In this document: in pieces, positions 61,846 through 64,000 of the stretch
Layout: every line of letters starts with the position of its first letter
Numbering within the stretch: position 1 is the stretch's first letter
NCBI GenBank assembly: GCA_035438985.1
Contig: DAORJK010000005.1
Span: 47,757 to 111,756, forward strand
DNA: 64,000 nucleotides
From: Bacteroidia bacterium
GTDB taxonomy: Bacteria; Bacteroidota; Bacteroidia; UBA4408
Reading direction: 5' to 3'
Translations under genes and position numbers: made by a program
The notes under the pieces: generated by a model
What the model saw: the letters and a program-made list of their open reading frames with translations, nothing else
Database searches by the model: none
Told to the model about the DNA's origin: nothing

Positions 61846-62136
61846 TTACTTGGTTGGCTTAGGTTTTAAAGCATTCAATTCTAACCAAGAGCCTCCGGCA
61901 AATGTATTGCCAACACCTTGTTGAGAAAGGAAGATATGTGCATGACGGCAATCATTTCCAGATCCGCAACATAATACAAGAGGTTTGCTCATTTTTTTTA
62001 ATTCTTCCAACTTGGCGGGAATATCTTTTAATGGAATATTTAACGAGTCGGGAATGTGTCCTTTTTGAAATTCAGCTGTTGGCCGCACATCCACTATCGT
62101 GTGTCCTGGAGATTTTAAAATTTCTTTAAGTTCCAT
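61846..62136 (-). CDS. Rhodanese-fold protein with an extended CX5R (Cdc25/arsenate-reductase-like) active-site loop. It is a paralog of the gene at 8395-8685.
   Basis: VLCCGSGNDCRHAH loop. The overall sequence aligns with the CX4R paralog. Confidence 0.65.
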   Translation of the reverse strand: MELKEILKSPGHTIVDVRPTAEFQKGHIPDSLNIPLKDIPAKLEELKKMSKPLVLCCGSGNDCRHAHIFLSQQGVGNTFAGGSWLELNALKPKPTK

Positions 62137-62247
62137 AAACTAGGTTTTGAATCTTTAAATTAAGTACTGCAAAGTACACTAGTTGTATTTTGAAAAAGTA
62201 TGATATTTATCAGTAATAAAACTAACAAAAATCAGCAAAACAGCCAC

Positions 62248-62670
62248 TTATTTTAATCCAACCATCATTAAGGTTCCATCGGACTTTACTATGATTTCCT
62301 GTAGTTGCATCTCTTTTTGAATTGCTGCTTTATATAAAGGATCTCCGGTTCCACTTTCAATTTTTGTTGCAAGAACAATTTTCCAGTCAGGATAAAAGCT
62401 ATTGATTGTAGCATATACTTGTTCGGGTATTTCGGGTTGTGGAATTTGCGTTTGGGAGCTTACCCAAATTCCATTTAAGGTATAATTCACTTTCATATTT
62501 TGTGAATTCCATACAAATTCGGCAATCCAACCTCGAGGTATTTCCTTTTCCCAATTCACATCTGAAGCACCCGGGTAGCGCTCATCAAAGGCTTTTTGTA
62601 CAATATCGGGTGCATTTTGAGCGGATCCATAACTCAAGGTAAATAGTAACGCAATTACTAGACGTATTTT
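62248..62670 (-). CDS. Secreted PepSY-like/DUF-type small protein. The start was chosen at MKIRLVIALLF, while the ORF track starts at 62706.
   Basis: Signal peptide followed by a roughly 120-aa beta-rich domain resembling the PepSY-like family. Confidence 0.45.
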   Translation of the reverse strand, partial: KIRLVIALLFTLSYGSAQNAPDIVQKAFDERYPGASDVNWEKEIPRGWIAEFVWNSQNMKVNYTLNGIWVSSQTQIPQPEIPEQVYATINSFYPDWKIVLATKIESGTGDPLYKAAIQKEMQLQEIIVKSDGTLMMVGLK

Positions 62671-63346
62671 CATTTTATTTAATAGCATAAATCGGTAAGT
62701 AAACATTTACTTCAACAAAATTAAAGATGTGAAGAAAATTCACCAACAGTAGTTATACTTAATTTGCATGTACATGGTTTCACTTGATTTGCTTTTTTTT
62801 ATTATTATGTGATGCTATTTGTAAAATGCGAAGTTTTTAAATTCAAAATTGGAAAATACAGTTAGTTTAAATATGGTAATAAATTATATGTTTATCCGCA
62901 ATTGTACCTAAACTTAAAATGATTAAAAAAAACATTTATCTCTGTTAGAGATTTATTAATTAGTATTACCTCTGCTAAAATATTCCATATGAATTGTTCA
63001 AAACAACCTATCAAGCTATCACAAATCCATTGTCCCTATTGTGTTCCCTTTCTTTTTGCTTGATCAAAAAGAAACAAAAAATCAAGGCTTATGATAAATT
63101 GACTAAAATTTAAATTAATTTTTTCCACGCAACCCAAGCGCTCGATTATATGCTGTTGGCTATTGAAATTCTTTCACTCGCTCGAGGATTGCTTTCACTG
63201 GCCGGCGCATAAAAATTAATTCCAATTTCTTAACGTCAATTTCTCATAGGCCGGTCCTTTTAGTATGAATTATAAAATAGTAAGTTAGATAAAAAATTGC
63301 TTCATGGGTAATAAAGCGGATAAGCATATAAATTAAATAAATTTCA

Positions 63347-63389
63347 TAAAAAGAAAGGGCTGCTGTGGCAACACAGCAACCCTTTTTGA
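63347..63389 (-). terminator. Terminator hairpin (GGGCTGCTGTG-GCAA-CACAGCAACCC) after lpdA
   Basis: Stem-loop with a T-run on the minus strand. Confidence 0.6.
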
Positions 63390-63411
63390 TTCACTATTAA
63401 TTAATAAACGA

Positions 63412-64000
63412 CTATATGTGAATCACCTCACCATATGCAGCGGCAGCAGCCTCCATAACTGCTTCGCTCATGGTAGGATGTGGATGAACGGTTTTAATTA
63501 ATTCGTGACCTGTAGTTTCAAGTTTACGAATCGCAACAATTTCGGCAATCATTTCGGTTACATTATATCCAATCATGTGCGCACCTAACAATTCGCCATA
63601 TTTAGCATCAAAAATCAACTTTACAAAGCCATCTTTCGCACCTGCAGCACTAGCTTTTCCTGACGCAGAAAAAGGAAATTTTCCAACTTTAAGCTCATAA
63701 CCTGCTTCTTTTGCTTTCGCTTCCGTATAGCCTACAGAGGCAATTTCGGGAGAACAGTAGGTACAACCCGGAATATTGTTATAATCCAAAGCTTCTGGGT
63801 GATGTCCTGCAATTTTTTCAACACAAATAATACCTTCAGCACTAGCAACATGCGCTAAAGCTTGTCCACCAACACAATCACCAATTGCATGAACACCGGG
63901 TATATTGGTTTGATAGTATTTATTGGTTAAAATTTTGCCCTTGTCAATAATTACTCCTACTTCTTCAAGGCCAACATTTTCAATATTTGCTTGTATTCCA
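63412..64000 (-). CDS. lpdA: Dihydrolipoyl dehydrogenase, C-terminal portion. The gene continues past the window end.
   Basis: Dimerisation domain with HPHPTMSEA. The frame stays open upstream of the listed Met (…AIGDCVGGQALAHVA…). Confidence 0.85.
   Translation of the reverse strand, partial: GIQANIENVGLEEVGVIIDKGKILTNKYYQTNIPGVHAIGDCVGGQALAHVASAEGIICVEKIAGHHPEALDYNNIPGCTYCSPEIASVGYTEAKAKEAGYELKVGKFPFSASGKASAAGAKDGFVKLIFDAKYGELLGAHMIGYNVTEMIAEIVAIRKLETTGHELIKTVHPHPTMSEAVMEAAAAAYGEVIHI

Noticed and set aside
63150-63215. Short minus-strand peptide ORF (MRRPVKAILERVKEFQ) in the GC-rich patch of the 62707-63346 spacer
   Set aside because: 16 codons with no recognisable leader-peptide logic or downstream attenuator. 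Kept only as part of the spacer observation.
1-64000. Search for CRISPR arrays, integrases, transposases, restriction-modification or toxin-antitoxin genes
   Set aside because: No direct-repeat/spacer arrays and no recognisable recombinase, nuclease or methylase of defence type were seen in any frame. The accessory content is glycan and sulfur related instead.

Overview
This 64 kb window is chromosomal DNA from a low-GC (about 33-36 percent) Bacteroidota genome, probably Flavobacteriia or Sphingobacteriia. Evidence: T9SS C-terminal sorting domains, a fused lpxC-fabZ, a fused E1 alpha/beta 2-oxoacid dehydrogenase, TAnnTTTG -7 promoter boxes, and the bamD-rpoZ-coaBC-DUF4835 arrangement. Housekeeping genes: thrS-infC-rpmI-rplT, guaB, folD, ffh, mnmE, efp, lpxD, lpxA, lpxC-fabZ, coaBC, bamD, nadD, trx, a His-tRNA and a partial lpdA. 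Four regions look accessory. (1) Positions 5716-11282: a sulfur-trafficking cluster with a Crp/Fnr regulator, a DUF2892 protein, an MBL-fold persulfide-dioxygenase-like enzyme fused to rhodanese domains, three single-domain rhodaneses, a stand-alone heavy-metal-binding-domain lipoprotein, OsmC, thioredoxin and a rhodanese-thioredoxin fusion lipoprotein. Three promoters in it carry an identical 5' half-site (part of an imperfect GTAAC-N4-GTTAC-type palindrome) exactly 39 nt upstream of the -7 box, so the site centre is near -41.5. (2) Positions 13703-18356: an O-antigen-ligase-like gene plus two tandem Wzz-like co-polymerase paralogs. (3) Positions 41977-49132: a Cu P-type ATPase immediately followed by a GT4-methyltransferase fusion, Wzx and AsnB. 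(4) Positions 49274-55490: three tandem BNR/Asp-box T9SS cargo paralogs. Copies 1 and 3 share a 386-nt tract of 100 percent identity and near-identical 3' ends including the terminator, which points to recent gene conversion. The window also has a 1193-aa repeat-rich T9SS adhesin-like protein, an AT-rich T9SS cargo gene abutting tRNA-His, and a 700-bp ORF-free region. No CRISPR arrays, integrases or transposases were found.
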